A stretch of 64,000 bases of DNA from an uncultured Chloroflexia bacterium (lineage in GTDB: Bacteria; Chloroflexota; Limnocylindria; Limnocylindrales; CSP1-4): contig OY970218.1 of NCBI GenBank assembly GCA_963713975.1, positions 672,001-736,000 of the forward strand, read 5' to 3'. The notes beneath the pieces were generated by a model. It made no database searches. It saw nothing but the letters and a program-made list of their open reading frames with translations, and was not told the origin of the DNA. Shown one piece after another: positions 1 to 9,484 of the stretch. The position numbers and the translations under genes are program-made. Each line of letters opens with the position of its first letter. Position 1 is the first letter of the stretch.

Positions 1-743
1 AGGGCGATGTTGCCCAGCACCGATCCCGGCCCGGTGGTCCCGGGCACGGGCATGGGCAGGACGCAGACCGGGACGTCCCACGCACCGAGATCCAGGTACG
101 CATCGAGCATCTCGCCGTCGTGGACGAGGGGCGCGACCGGGCAGTACACGACCGATGCCTCGTGGCGTTCCCGCGCACGGTCCTCGCCGCCCGCCAGCGC
201 GGAGATGATCGCCCCGAGATAGCGGGCCTGGCCCCGCCGGTGGAGCTCGTGCTGGCCGTGCTTCGAGGTAGTGGTGAGCATCGCCGCGAACTCGTGGAGC
301 GGGCGACTGGCCACGGGCCGGTCGTTCGCGGCGACCGGGGGCCAGCCCATCACCGACAGGTCGCAGGAGTGGAAGACCCGCATGGCGTCCACGATGTCCT
401 GCCTCGTGCCATAGCGTCGCTCGCCGGTCACGAAGTCCCGGGCGAAGGCGGCCGTGCCGTCCATCGCGAAGCGGGTCGCGGACGAGGGCATCGGGAAGTC
501 GTGGGCAGGGTTCCGTGCCCCCAGGGCCCACGTTCGCGGCGCCATCGCGAGCGCCTCGTCCACCAGCCGGGGCGGGATCCTGACCAGCCGCGCGTCGGCG
601 TCCACCTCGGCGCCCGCATCCTCGAGCAGCGGCAGGGCGACATCCCCGTGGACCCGGATCCCGACGTCCGAGAGAATCCGCAGCGATTCCTCGTGCACCC
701 GCGCCAGCTCGTCCGGGCTCAGGAACGCGGACTCGTACCTCAT
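1..743 (-). CDS. Trimethylamine methyltransferase MttB family protein (runs off window start)
   Basis: Not in the ORF track (no stop in window). Manual minus-strand translation from ATG 743 gives MRYESAFLSPDELARVHEESLRILSDVGIRV...VVYCPVAPLVHDGEMLD...LPMPVPGTTGP, a typical MttB N-terminus; paralog of the adjacent gene. Confidence 0.85.
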   Translation of the reverse strand, partial: MRYESAFLSPDELARVHEESLRILSDVGIRVHGDVALPLLEDAGAEVDADARLVRIPPRLVDEALAMAPRTWALGARNPAHDFPMPSSATRFAMDGTAAFARDFVTGERRYGTRQDIVDAMRVFHSCDLSVMGWPPVAANDRPVASRPLHEFAAMLTTTSKHGQHELHRRGQARYLGAIISALAGGEDRARERHEASVVYCPVAPLVHDGEMLDAYLDLGAWDVPVCVLPMPVPGTTGPGSVLGNIA

Positions 744-750
744 GCTCGTC

Positions 751-2208
751 TCACCCCCGTGCCGGAGCGGGTTCGCCCGCCCGTGCCGCCTGCTCCAGCC
801 GCGCCAGGTCTGCGGCCACGTGATCCGGGAAGGGCAGGGCCCGGTGGCCCGCGATGGCGGCCATCGCCACGTCCCGGGCCTGGCCGATGACGTCGGGGCG
901 GCCCGATGCCTCCCACCTGTCAAACGTGCCGTGGTGTCCGATCCGGGGCAGGAACCACTCCCCGCCGCGAACCGCATCCCGGGTCTGCGTCCGGCTCAGG
1001 AAGTCCCCGATGGGCCCCACCTCGTCGAGTGCCTCAACCACGTCGGTCTCGCCGACGCCGAGCCCGATGCCCGCCCGCAGTCGCCGGCACATCCGGTAGA
1101 CCTCCACGTCGATCACCATCTGCTCGAGGCACAGCGTGGACGCGCCGCCCAGCGACCCCGGTCCGATCATGATGTCGGGCCATGACAGCACCGGCAGCGT
1201 CCAGTTGAGCGTCCGCTCGTAGGCCGCCTGGACCCCCGTGACGTAGTGGTCCGTGCCCCCGTTCGATGCCACTGCCGGCAGATCGTAGAAGCGGGCCATC
1301 TCGGTGGTCGCGGCACCCAAGAGCGAGTGCTCCGGGCCTCCTCCGCCCCAGCGCCCCGATCGTGGCTCCATCGCCGCGAGGGCCGGGGCGTAGATCACCG
1401 GCGTGCCGGGCGACATCGCCTGGACCAGGCAGATCGCACCCAGCACCTCCGCGTTGCCAGACACGATCGTGGACCGCAGGCCCGTCGGGGCGGACGTGCC
1501 CATCATCGGCATCGGCATGATCGCGATCGGGATGTCCCAGCCGGCCGTGGCCAACCAGGCATCCGTGTGCTCGGCCTCCATGGCCAGCGGGGAGACCGGG
1601 CAGAACAGCACCGAGAACGGGTGGTCCCGCTGGACGGCCTCCTTCGACCCGAAGACCGTCACCAGCAGCTCCAGCAGCCAGGCGGCGTCCTCCTCGGTCG
1701 CGATCTCGTCCTGGACGTGCTTGCCGAACAGCTCGAACGTCTGGCGCCAGTGGGCGACGGCTGGGCCGGGTCCGCCCGAGCTCTCGATCCCGGACGTGAC
1801 CATGCGCCAGTAGGCGCCGACCTCGTCCATGGTGTCCACGAGCTTCGTGGCGTTCGCCCAGTCATCCCAGGTCGGGGCGCGGCGGACACCATCGGCGGGG
1901 TCGTAGAAGGTCGTCGACTCGCCGTCGGGCATGAGGGTGCACTCGCCGGCATTCATGGGCAGCTCGAACCCCGGCCGCCGGCCGCCGAGGGAGAACCGCT
2001 TGGGGGCCGAGGCCAGCGCCGCCTCCACCAGCGTTCGCGGGAAGCGAACCCGGCGCTCTACCTCGTCCACCTGCGCCCCGGCCTCGCCGAGGATCCGCCG
2101 CGCCTTCGCCGAGTCGACACGCATCCCCGTCCGGGCAAGCGCCGCCAGCGACTGCTCGTGGATCCCGGTGATCTCGTCGTCGGTCAGGACCCGCAGGACG
2201 GTGGACAT
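751..2208 (-). CDS. Trimethylamine/quaternary amine methyltransferase MttB family, non-pyrrolysine
   Basis: LTDDEITGIHEQSL..., CPVSPL, MPMMGTSAP, GNAEVLG, EMARFYDLP, QAAYE motifs; no in-frame amber codon. Confidence 0.9.
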   Translation of the reverse strand: MSTVLRVLTDDEITGIHEQSLAALARTGMRVDSAKARRILGEAGAQVDEVERRVRFPRTLVEAALASAPKRFSLGGRRPGFELPMNAGECTLMPDGESTTFYDPADGVRRAPTWDDWANATKLVDTMDEVGAYWRMVTSGIESSGGPGPAVAHWRQTFELFGKHVQDEIATEEDAAWLLELLVTVFGSKEAVQRDHPFSVLFCPVSPLAMEAEHTDAWLATAGWDIPIAIMPMPMMGTSAPTGLRSTIVSGNAEVLGAICLVQAMSPGTPVIYAPALAAMEPRSGRWGGGGPEHSLLGAATTEMARFYDLPAVASNGGTDHYVTGVQAAYERTLNWTLPVLSWPDIMIGPGSLGGASTLCLEQMVIDVEVYRMCRRLRAGIGLGVGETDVVEALDEVGPIGDFLSRTQTRDAVRGGEWFLPRIGHHGTFDRWEASGRPDVIGQARDVAMAAIAGHRALPFPDHVAADLARLEQAARAGEPAPARG

Positions 2209-2425
2209 GCTGCTCGCTCCGGCTTGGGGTGCCCGGACCCGGGCGCGAATGGGGGCGACGGAGAACCGGGATGCGGGCGGAGGCTAGCACCGGGGCGGGG
2301 CCGGGGAATGGACCGGTGCGCGGGACGGTCCGGGATCCGCGCTCACGGGCCCGGCCGGAGGGGCGGACACAGGCCTGAACTTGGTTCCGCGTCCGCTGGT
2401 CCGGCCGGAACCTTGCCCCGCCGTC

Positions 2426-2437
2426 TACACTCGGCCG
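2426..2437 (+). promoter_or_regulatory. Putative -10 element TACACT within TACACTCGGCCG, upstream of the FDH catalytic subunit
   Basis: Identical 12-mer at 6438-6449 upstream of the other FDH transcription unit. Confidence 0.5.
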
Positions 2438-2466
2438 ATCGGATCACTCTCCAGAGAGGTACGCCA

Positions 2467-4398
2467 GTGCCGAAGGAGTACGTCCGCCTGACCACGCCGC
2501 TCGTGCGCGACGGCGACCGCCGCTCCGGGGCTCCCCTCCGCCCAGCCAGCTGGGACGAGGCTCTGGACCGGGTGGTCGCGGGACTGCGGGCTGCGGGTGA
2601 GGCGCACGGCTCTGGGACGTACGGGGTCTTCAGCTGCAGCAAGTCGACCAACGAGGTCAACTACGCGGCCCAGAAGCTCTCCCGCTCCGTCCTGGGCAGC
2701 AACAACATCGACAGCTGCAACCGCACCTGACACGCCCCCTCTGTCGCCGGTCTGGCGACCGTGTTCGGCGCTGGTGGCGGTACCAGCTCATATCGTGAGA
2801 TCGAGGAGACGGACGTCGTCCTCCTGTGGGGCAGCAATGCCCGGGAGACCCATCCGATCTTCTTCCACCACCTCCTCAAGGGGGTGCGTAACGGTGCCCG
2901 GCTGTACGCCATCGACCCCCGACGTACCACGTCCGCGCAGTGGGCCGACCTGTGGCTAGGCCTGGACGTGGGCACGGACATCGCGCTGGCGAATGCGATG
3001 GGCCGAGAGATCATCGTCGCGGGCCTCGCGAACGACGAGTTCATCGGACGCGCGACCAGCGGGTTCGAGGCGTACCGGGCCGCCGTGGAGCCGTGGACGC
3101 TGGAGCGCGCAGAGGCGATTACCGGCGTCCCGGCGGCCGCGATCCGCGAGACCGCCCACGCCTATGCGACCGCCGGCAAGGCGATGCTGTGCTGGACCCT
3201 GGGCATCACCGAGCACCACAACGCCGTGGACGGCGTTCTCGCGCTCATCAACCTCGCGCTGCTGTGCGGGCACGTGGGCCGGTGGGGCAGTGGCATCTGC
3301 CCCCTCCGTGGCCAGAACAACGTCCAGGGCGGCGGCGACATGGGCGCCCTCCCGGACCGGCTGCCGGGCTTCCAGCACATCGAGAACGACCAGCTGCGGG
3401 CTCCGTTCGACGAGGCCTGGGGCGTGACGGTCCCGCCGACACGCGGCCTGCACCTCACGGCGATGTACGACGCGATGGAGCGAGAGGACCTCACGGCCGT
3501 CTACTGCATCGGCGAGAACCCGGCCCAGTCCGAAGCCGACACGCATCGGGTCCGGCGCCTCCTCGAGGGCCTCGAGTTCATGGTCGTCCAGGACATCTTC
3601 CTGACCAGGACCGCCGAGCTCGCGGACGTGGTGCTCCCGGCCGCGGCGGCCTGGGCCGAGACCGAGGGCACCGTCACCAACTCCGAGCGCCGGGTGCAGC
3701 GGGTACGGAAGGCGCTCGACCCGCCCGGTGAAGCACGCGACGACCTGTGGATCATCTTCGAGATCGCCCGTCGCATGGGTCATGACTGGGGACAGGCCAG
3801 CGCCGAAGCGGTATGGGACGAGGTCAGGACGCTGGCGGGGGCATTCGCGGGCATGAGCTACGCCCGTCTCGAGGTCGGGGACGGGCTCCAGTGGCCGTGC
3901 TACGACGAGACCCATCCCGGTGAGCCGTTCCTCCACTCGCGCCTGTGGGCAGACCCGGTTCCCGGCAACCGCGCCCCGTTCGTACCGGTCGAGCACGAGG
4001 GGCCTGTCGACCTGCTGGACGAGGACTTCCCGGTGCGGCTCACGACCGGCCGCCATCTCGATTCGTACAACACCGGCGTCCAGTCGGGCGGCGTGCGCAC
4101 GCCCCGGCGGCGCGGCGAGACCCTGGACCTGTGTCCCGAAGACGTCGAGCGGTTCGGGCTGGCCGAGGGGGAGCTCGTGCGCGTCGTCTCGCGGCGCGGC
4201 TCCGTGGAGGCCCCGGTCCGGGCCGACCCGTCGCTGCGACCCGGCCTCGCCTTCATGACGCTGCACTTCCAGGACCAGGTCCCCGTCAACGAGCTGACGA
4301 TCGATGCCGTGGACCCGAAGTCCGGCACGGCCGAGTTCAAGGCGACGGCGATCCGCATCGAGAAGCTCGGGGTTGTGACGTCCGCTCTCGCCACGTAG
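2467..4398 (+). CDS. fdhF: Formate dehydrogenase catalytic Mo/W-bis-PGD subunit, selenocysteine-containing (UGA 2728-2730), lacking the N-terminal 4Fe-4S segment
   Basis: ORFs 1246..2730 and 2761..4398 are in one frame joined by NNIDSCNRT-UGA-HAPSVAGL (cf. FdhF CARV-U-HGPSVAGL); PLRGQNNVQG motif; GTG 2467 after an AGAGGT RBS. Confidence 0.9.
2731..2763 (+). promoter_or_regulatory. Bacterial SECIS-like hairpin
   Basis: Stem GTCGCC(2743-48)/GGCGAC(2754-59) with GGTCT loop, starting 12 nt after UGA; lower pairing CACG/CGTG; resembles the E. coli fdhF SECIS (GCAGGUCUGC). Confidence 0.75.
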
Positions 4399-4533
4399 TC
4401 AAAGGACGACTGCTCGTCGCCTCGAAGCCGGCACGTCCCACGCCTCGTGACTACCTGACAGCGATTCGGGTTCCTGGACGGCCTCCTGGCCCGTTTGTGG
4501 CCGATGGGGCTGACCAGCAGTCGTCCAATGACT
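4397..4533. mobile_element. MITE/REPIN-like element with terminal inverted repeats
   Basis: Left end AGTCAAAGGACGACTGCTCGTC vs reverse complement of right end AGTCATTGGACGACTGCTGGTC (19/22 match); 137 bp, non-coding. Confidence 0.55.
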
Positions 4534-4639
4534 CATTGGCAGGAACCGGATGCAGGAACCCGGTGCGGGGCCACGTGCGCGGCCTCGAGCCGATCAAGGC
4601 TCGGTCCCTTCGAGCCTGCGGGTTCTCGGAGGTGGCGCC

Positions 4640-4834
4640 ATGCCGCACTACATGTTCGGTGAGGACGACTACATCGTGATCGCGGAGCTCCCGGACAACG
4701 CGGCCGCCATGGCGATTGCGGCGACCGTCGGAGCGACCGGCACGTCGAGTGTCACCACGACGGTGCTGCTGGAGGCCGCGGAGGTTGACGAGGCGCTCGC
4801 CCGCAGGACCATCTACCGGGCGCCGGGAGCCTGA
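4640..4834 (+). pseudogene. GYD-domain protein, internally shortened (64 aa)
   Basis: GGAGGT RBS; MPHYMFGEDDYIVIAELPDNAAAMAIA...TTTVLL..EVDEAL...YRAPG matches the GYD C-terminal half joined directly to the MPHY start. Confidence 0.6.
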
Positions 4835-4865
4835 AACCCGCGGCGGAGCGCGACGGGCCCGTGCG

Positions 4866-5258
4866 TCAGGCGGGTCGGACCACCGGCAGCCCGATCGCGC
4901 GCGCCGCCTCGGCGAGGCGATCGTCGTAGGTCACGAACGCGTCCAGCTCCGGGAGCAGGGCCATCGCCGTGGCGAGGTGGATGGCGTCCAGAGTCCGGAG
5001 CTGTGGGGGTCGGAGCGCAGCCGCGACGCCCGCGATCGCGTCATCGAGCTCGTAGACCTCGACGTCGGTGATGACACGTGCCCGTCGAACCGGGTCATGC
5101 TCCCGACGGGATGACGCCCGAATCGTTTCCACGACCCCGATGCGGCTGGTGATGAGCCGTTCGGCCTCGACGTACCAACGCAGCATGGCCGGCGAATCGG
5201 TTTCATCGACGACGAGCTTCACCAGCGCCGAGGCGTCCACGTAGGCAAGGTTCGTCAT
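4866..5258 (-). CDS. vapC: PIN-domain toxin
   Basis: YVDASALVKL...VE...LRTLDAIHLATA...FVTYDDRLAEAA; ATGA overlap with the antitoxin. Confidence 0.92.
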   Translation of the reverse strand: MTNLAYVDASALVKLVVDETDSPAMLRWYVEAERLITSRIGVVETIRASSRREHDPVRRARVITDVEVYELDDAIAGVAAALRPPQLRTLDAIHLATAMALLPELDAFVTYDDRLAEAARAIGLPVVRPA

Positions 5259-5551
5259 CGATCGTCCTCGTCGCGCATCTCCTGGAGGATCTCGCTCAAC
5301 GGTCGCCCGGGGATCTTCGGGGGCGGGGGCAACGTCCGGTGATCCGTCGATGCCGGCGTAATCCTTCCCTCGGCGATCAGGCGGTCCACGATCGACATCT
5401 TGACCGGCGGATTCGGGCCCAGCCGCGCGACGGGATGCCCGTGCTCCGTGACCTCCAGTGTCTCGCCGGCCTTCACGCGGTCCAGGTAGACGGACAGGTT
5501 CTGGCGCAGCTCCCGCACGCCGACGCGGGCCGGCCGATCGCTTTCGCTCAT
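5255..5551 (-). CDS. Phd/YefM-family antitoxin
   Basis: VGVRELRQNLSVYLDRVKAGETLEVTEHGHPVARL; directly upstream of the PIN toxin. Confidence 0.92.
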   Translation of the reverse strand: MSESDRPARVGVRELRQNLSVYLDRVKAGETLEVTEHGHPVARLGPNPPVKMSIVDRLIAEGRITPASTDHRTLPPPPKIPGRPLSEILQEMRDEDDR

Positions 5552-5569
5552 GTAGCACACGGTAGCACA
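5552..5569 (-). promoter_or_regulatory. Putative TA autoregulatory operator (GTAGCACA direct repeat, 10-bp period)
   Basis: GTAGCACA at 5552-59 and 5562-69 abutting the antitoxin start codon. Confidence 0.5.
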
Positions 5570-5620
5570 ATCGCCTCTGGGCACACCCGGCCTCGCCTCG
5601 GCCAGGGGACCAGTGGCCGA

Positions 5621-6361
5621 TCAGCGGAGCCGGGTGACGAACACCCCCCACCCCAGGTAGCGGCGCCCCCAGCGCAGGTAGGTCCGGCGGTTGTCGTCCA
5701 GGAACCGGCGCATCGCCTCGTGCTCGGGGTCATCCGGGTTGGCCACCAGCCAGTCCGCGATCGTCCGCCACTGCGACGCCTCGTAGCGGTCCCAGCTGTC
5801 GCCGTCGGCCAGCACCATCTCCAGAAGGTCGAACCCGGCCGCGTCGATGCGCTCCGCCGTACCCGCCAGCGACGCGTAGTCGTCGCGCCCAAAGCCCCAT
5901 GCCTCCATCGCCTCCGCCGGCGGCTCCTCGATCAAGTACGGCTCGCCCACGATCACGAGTCCGCCATCGCGCACGGCCGGCCGCATGAGCGCCATCGTCC
6001 CCGCAAGCCCGCCACCGATCCACGTGGCGCCGAGACAACTGGCGATGTCGAAGTCGGCCGACTCCGCCCCGTAGACCGCGGCGTCACCCTGGACGAAGGC
6101 GACCCGGTCCGACACCCCCAGCTCCGTGGCCCGCTCGCGCGCCGCGGCCAGGAACACGTGCGACAGGTCCACGCCCAGCCCGCCGCTCCCGAACCACTCG
6201 GCCCACCGGCACAGCATCTCTCCCTTGCCGCACGCCAGGTCCAGGATCCGCGTCCCGTGCCCCACCCGGGCGACCTCGCCGAGGAGGCGCAGCTTCTTCT
6301 CCGTGTACGGGTTGAGGATCCGGTGGCCGGTCTCGGCGATCTCGTGGTGACGGAGTGACAT
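5621..6361 (-). CDS. Class I SAM-dependent methyltransferase (YjhP-like)
   Basis: HRILNP, ILDLACGKGEMLC.WA, CLGATWIGGG, SWDRYEASQW, YLGWGVF. Confidence 0.88.
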   Translation of the reverse strand: MSLRHHEIAETGHRILNPYTEKKLRLLGEVARVGHGTRILDLACGKGEMLCRWAEWFGSGGLGVDLSHVFLAAARERATELGVSDRVAFVQGDAAVYGAESADFDIASCLGATWIGGGLAGTMALMRPAVRDGGLVIVGEPYLIEEPPAEAMEAWGFGRDDYASLAGTAERIDAAGFDLLEMVLADGDSWDRYEASQWRTIADWLVANPDDPEHEAMRRFLDDNRRTYLRWGRRYLGWGVFVTRLR

Positions 6362-6437
6362 GGTGAGCCTCGATGTGGCGGAGGACATCGACGGTGATCA
6401 TGCTCCCCTCGACGCCGATGGTGCTTCGCGGACGTCG

Positions 6438-6449
6438 TACACTCGGCCG
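6438..6449 (+). promoter_or_regulatory. Putative -10 TACACT of a (near-)leaderless transcript
   Basis: TACACT 8 nt before ATG 6452, no SD; same 12-mer as 2426-2437. Confidence 0.5.
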
Positions 6450-6451
6450 CC

Positions 6452-8365
6452 ATGGATCTCCACTTCGTCGGACCCGCTGCGACGACCGAGGAACGCGCGG
6501 CCGTAGATGGCTGCCTGGACCCCTTGATCGGGCCTCCCCGCGGGGGCTGGGACGGCGGCGAGCGCGACGCCGAGGTGGACGGCCGCGCGGCCCGTGGCGG
6601 GCACGAGGCCCGGTCGCGCCGGGACCTGCTGCTGCCCACCCTGCACGCGATCCAGGACCGGATCGGCTGGATCAGCCAGGGTGCCCTCAACCACGCCTGC
6701 CGCCGGCTCAGCGTGCCGCCCGCGGATGCCTACGGGGTAGCGAGCTTCTACGCGCTGCTGTCCACCGTCCCGCTGCCCGCAAGGGTCGTCCATGTCTGCG
6801 ACGACATGTCCTGCCGCGTGGCGGGTGCCGAGCAGACGTGCGCGGACCTGGAGCGCTCCCTGGGGCCCGCCGGCCACGCGCGCGAGGGCAGCGAGGCCAC
6901 CTGGCTGCGCAGTCCTTGCCTTGGCCAGTGCGAACGGGCGCCGGCCGCCCTGTTCACGATCGCCGGCGACCCGCCCGTCCGATTCGCGACCGGCCCGCTG
7001 GACGCCGCCGGGATCCTCGGCCGCCTCGAGGCACCACGGGACTCCGGCCAGGCGGGCTTCGATGCCGACCCGGACACGAGGCCCAGCCCCGAGCGCATGG
7101 CCGCCGTGCGCGGGTTGGTGCCCCAAGCCGGCGACGCGAGCATGCGCCTCCTCACCCGGATCGGGCGGGTGGACCCGATGAGCCTCACGGACTTCCTGGC
7201 CAACGGCGGATACCGGGCGCTCAGGATGGCGATCGAGCTCGGCCCCGACCGGGTGATCGAGGAGGTCACCGCCGCGGGGATCCTGGGACGGGGCGGCGCC
7301 GCGTTCCCCGCCGGCCGGAAGTGGGCCGCCGCGGCGGCAGCCGCCGGCCAGCCGAAGTACGTGGTGTGCAACGCGGACGAGGCCGAGCCTGGCACCTTCA
7401 AGGACCGGGTCGTGCTGGAGGAGGACCCGTTCGCCCTGGTCGAGGCGATGACCATCGCCGGGTACGCCATCGGCGCCACCCGGGGCTTCCTGTACGTCCG
7501 CGGTGAGTACCCGCTGGGCGAGGCGCGGATGAACGGCGCCATCGTCCAGGCCCGCGAGCGCGGGCTCCTCGGCGAGGACGTGCTGGGGGCCGGCTTCGCC
7601 TTCGACATCGAGGTCCGTCGTGGTGCAGGGGCCTATGTCGCCGGCGAGGAGATGGCCCAGCTCGAGTCGATCGAGGGGTATCGGGCGGAGCCGCGCAACA
7701 AGCCGCCGTTCCCGGTCGAGGCCGGGCTGTTCGGCCGGCCGACCGTGATCAACAACGTCGAGACGCTGCTCAACGTCCCAGGGATCATCGTGGACGGCGG
7801 AGCCGTGCATGCGGGCCACGGCACGGCTGCATCCACGGGCCACAAGCTGTTCAGCATCTCCGGTCACATCGCCCGTCCCGGGGTATACGAGGTGGAGTTC
7901 GGCGCCACGCTCCGGGACCTCATCACGGCCGCGGGCGGGGTCCCGGGGGGCCGGGCGGTCAAGGCGATCAACCTCGGTGGCGCGGCGGGCGCATTCGTCG
8001 GCCCCGAGGCCATCGACATGCCCCTCACGCTCGAGCACGCCAGGGAGGCGGGCGCGACCCTGGGGGCCGGCGCCATCGTCGTGTTCGACGAGACCACCGA
8101 CATCGCCGACATCCTGCTCCGGATCGCCCGGTTCTTCCGCGACGAGTCCTGCGGCCAGTGCGTGCCGTGCCGCGTGGGAACCGTCCGCCAGGAGGAGCTG
8201 CTCGGCCGGCTGGCAGCGCGACGGCTCAACGGCACGATGTCGGACGAGCTCGCGCTCCTTGACGATCTCGGGCAGGTGCTGCGGGACGCGTCGATCTGCG
8301 GCCTCGGGCAGCTGGCCAACGGCGCGGTGAAGTCCGGGTTGCGCTTCACGCAGGTGCCCGCGTGA
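6452..8365 (+). CDS. NAD(H)-binding diaphorase subunit of FDH, NuoE-NuoF fusion
   Basis: NuoE part (LLPTLHAIQ, CDDMSC, CLGQC) plus NuoF part (GRGGAAFP, CNADEAEPGTFKDR, GAGAYVAGEE, ESCGQCVPCR, SICGLG). Confidence 0.93.
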   Translation: MDLHFVGPAATTEERAAVDGCLDPLIGPPRGGWDGGERDAEVDGRAARGGHEARSRRDLLLPTLHAIQDRIGWISQGALNHACRRLSVPPADAYGVASFYALLSTVPLPARVVHVCDDMSCRVAGAEQTCADLERSLGPAGHAREGSEATWLRSPCLGQCERAPAALFTIAGDPPVRFATGPLDAAGILGRLEAPRDSGQAGFDADPDTRPSPERMAAVRGLVPQAGDASMRLLTRIGRVDPMSLTDFLANGGYRALRMAIELGPDRVIEEVTAAGILGRGGAAFPAGRKWAAAAAAAGQPKYVVCNADEAEPGTFKDRVVLEEDPFALVEAMTIAGYAIGATRGFLYVRGEYPLGEARMNGAIVQARERGLLGEDVLGAGFAFDIEVRRGAGAYVAGEEMAQLESIEGYRAEPRNKPPFPVEAGLFGRPTVINNVETLLNVPGIIVDGGAVHAGHGTAASTGHKLFSISGHIARPGVYEVEFGATLRDLITAAGGVPGGRAVKAINLGGAAGAFVGPEAIDMPLTLEHAREAGATLGAGAIVVFDETTDIADILLRIARFFRDESCGQCVPCRVGTVRQEELLGRLAARRLNGTMSDELALLDDLGQVLRDASICGLGQLANGAVKSGLRFTQVPA

Positions 8366-9432
8366 CCGAGGCGCCCGAGGCCCCGTACACGGGCGTCGAC
8401 CCGGTGATCTTCACGAGCGCGCCGGCCCGGTCGCCGGTCGTGCCCGCGGCTCCGCCCGCCACCGAGGCACCGGTCGTCGAGCTGACGATCGACGGCGCGT
8501 CCGTGGTCGCCGCCCAGGGCTCGACGCTCCTCGAGGCCTGCCGGACCCAGGGCATCGACATCCCCACCCTGTGCTACGGCCAGACCCTCGCCCCCGAGGG
8601 CGTCTGCCGGATGTGCGTCGTGGACACCGGCGGACGTGTGCTGACCCCATCCTGCTCCGCGAAGGTGGCCGACGGCATGAGCGTGGAGACGGACAATGCC
8701 AGGGTCCGCCACTCGCGCAAGCTGGTCCTGGAGCTGCTGGGCTCGTCCGTGGACGTGGACCTCGCGGGCCCCACGCTGCCCGACGGGTCGATCGCCGACT
8801 ACATGACCCGCTACGGTGCCGATCCCGCCCGGTTCGGCCCGGCCGCGCCGCCGGCCGAGGCGGGTGACCGCGACCGCCGCCGGGCCGGCCACCACCACGA
8901 TCCGGATCCATCCGTCGCGGAGACCGTGGCGCAGCCGGTCAAGGTCGACAACGAGCTCTTCGTCCGCGACTACGCGCGCTGTATCCTCTGCTACAAGTGC
9001 GTCGAGGCGTGCGGGACCGATGCCCAGAACACGTTCGCGATCTCGGTCGCCGGTCGCGGCTTCGACGCCCGCATCTCCACCGAGTACGCGACACCGCTCG
9101 ATACGTCTGCCTGCGTCTTCTGCGGCAATTGCATCAACGTCTGCCCCACGGGCGCCCTGATGTTCCGCTCCGAGTACGAGATGCGCCTGGCCGCCACCTG
9201 GGACGAGGCTGCGCAGACGGTCGTCGACACGATCTGCCCCTACTGCGGCGTGGGCTGCACGCTCTCGCTCCACGTGCAGGACAACCGGATCGTGAAGGTC
9301 CTGTCGCCTCTCGACTCCGGCGTCACAGAGGGGAACCTGTGCGTGAAGGGCCGCTTCGGGTTCGACTTCGTCCAGGTCCGCCCCAAGGGCGTGCGGGAGG
9401 ACCGGCCGCGGGAGGACCGGCCGCGGGCTTGA
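8362..9432 (+). CDS. FDH iron-sulfur subunit (NuoG-like 2Fe-2S + 2x4Fe-4S + molybdopterin-enzyme 4Fe-4S segment)
   Basis: IPTLC...CRMC...C; CILCYKC; CVFCGNC; TICPYCGVGC...LCVKGRFG at the C-terminus. Confidence 0.9.
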   Translation: MTEAPEAPYTGVDPVIFTSAPARSPVVPAAPPATEAPVVELTIDGASVVAAQGSTLLEACRTQGIDIPTLCYGQTLAPEGVCRMCVVDTGGRVLTPSCSAKVADGMSVETDNARVRHSRKLVLELLGSSVDVDLAGPTLPDGSIADYMTRYGADPARFGPAAPPAEAGDRDRRRAGHHHDPDPSVAETVAQPVKVDNELFVRDYARCILCYKCVEACGTDAQNTFAISVAGRGFDARISTEYATPLDTSACVFCGNCINVCPTGALMFRSEYEMRLAATWDEAAQTVVDTICPYCGVGCTLSLHVQDNRIVKVLSPLDSGVTEGNLCVKGRFGFDFVQVRPKGVREDRPREDRPRA

Positions 9433-9484
9433 TCCAGACCGTCGCGGCGTCACACCGGGCAGCTGCCGGCCGTTGGGTCCCGTG

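Noticed and set aside
751-2208. Pyrrolysine recoding in MttB
   Set aside because: ORF is full length with no in-frame UAG.
9393-9427. 15-bp tandem repeat GCGGGAGGACCGGCC at the end of the Fe-S gene
   Set aside because: Looks like slippage in a non-conserved tail (REDRP x2); no function evident.
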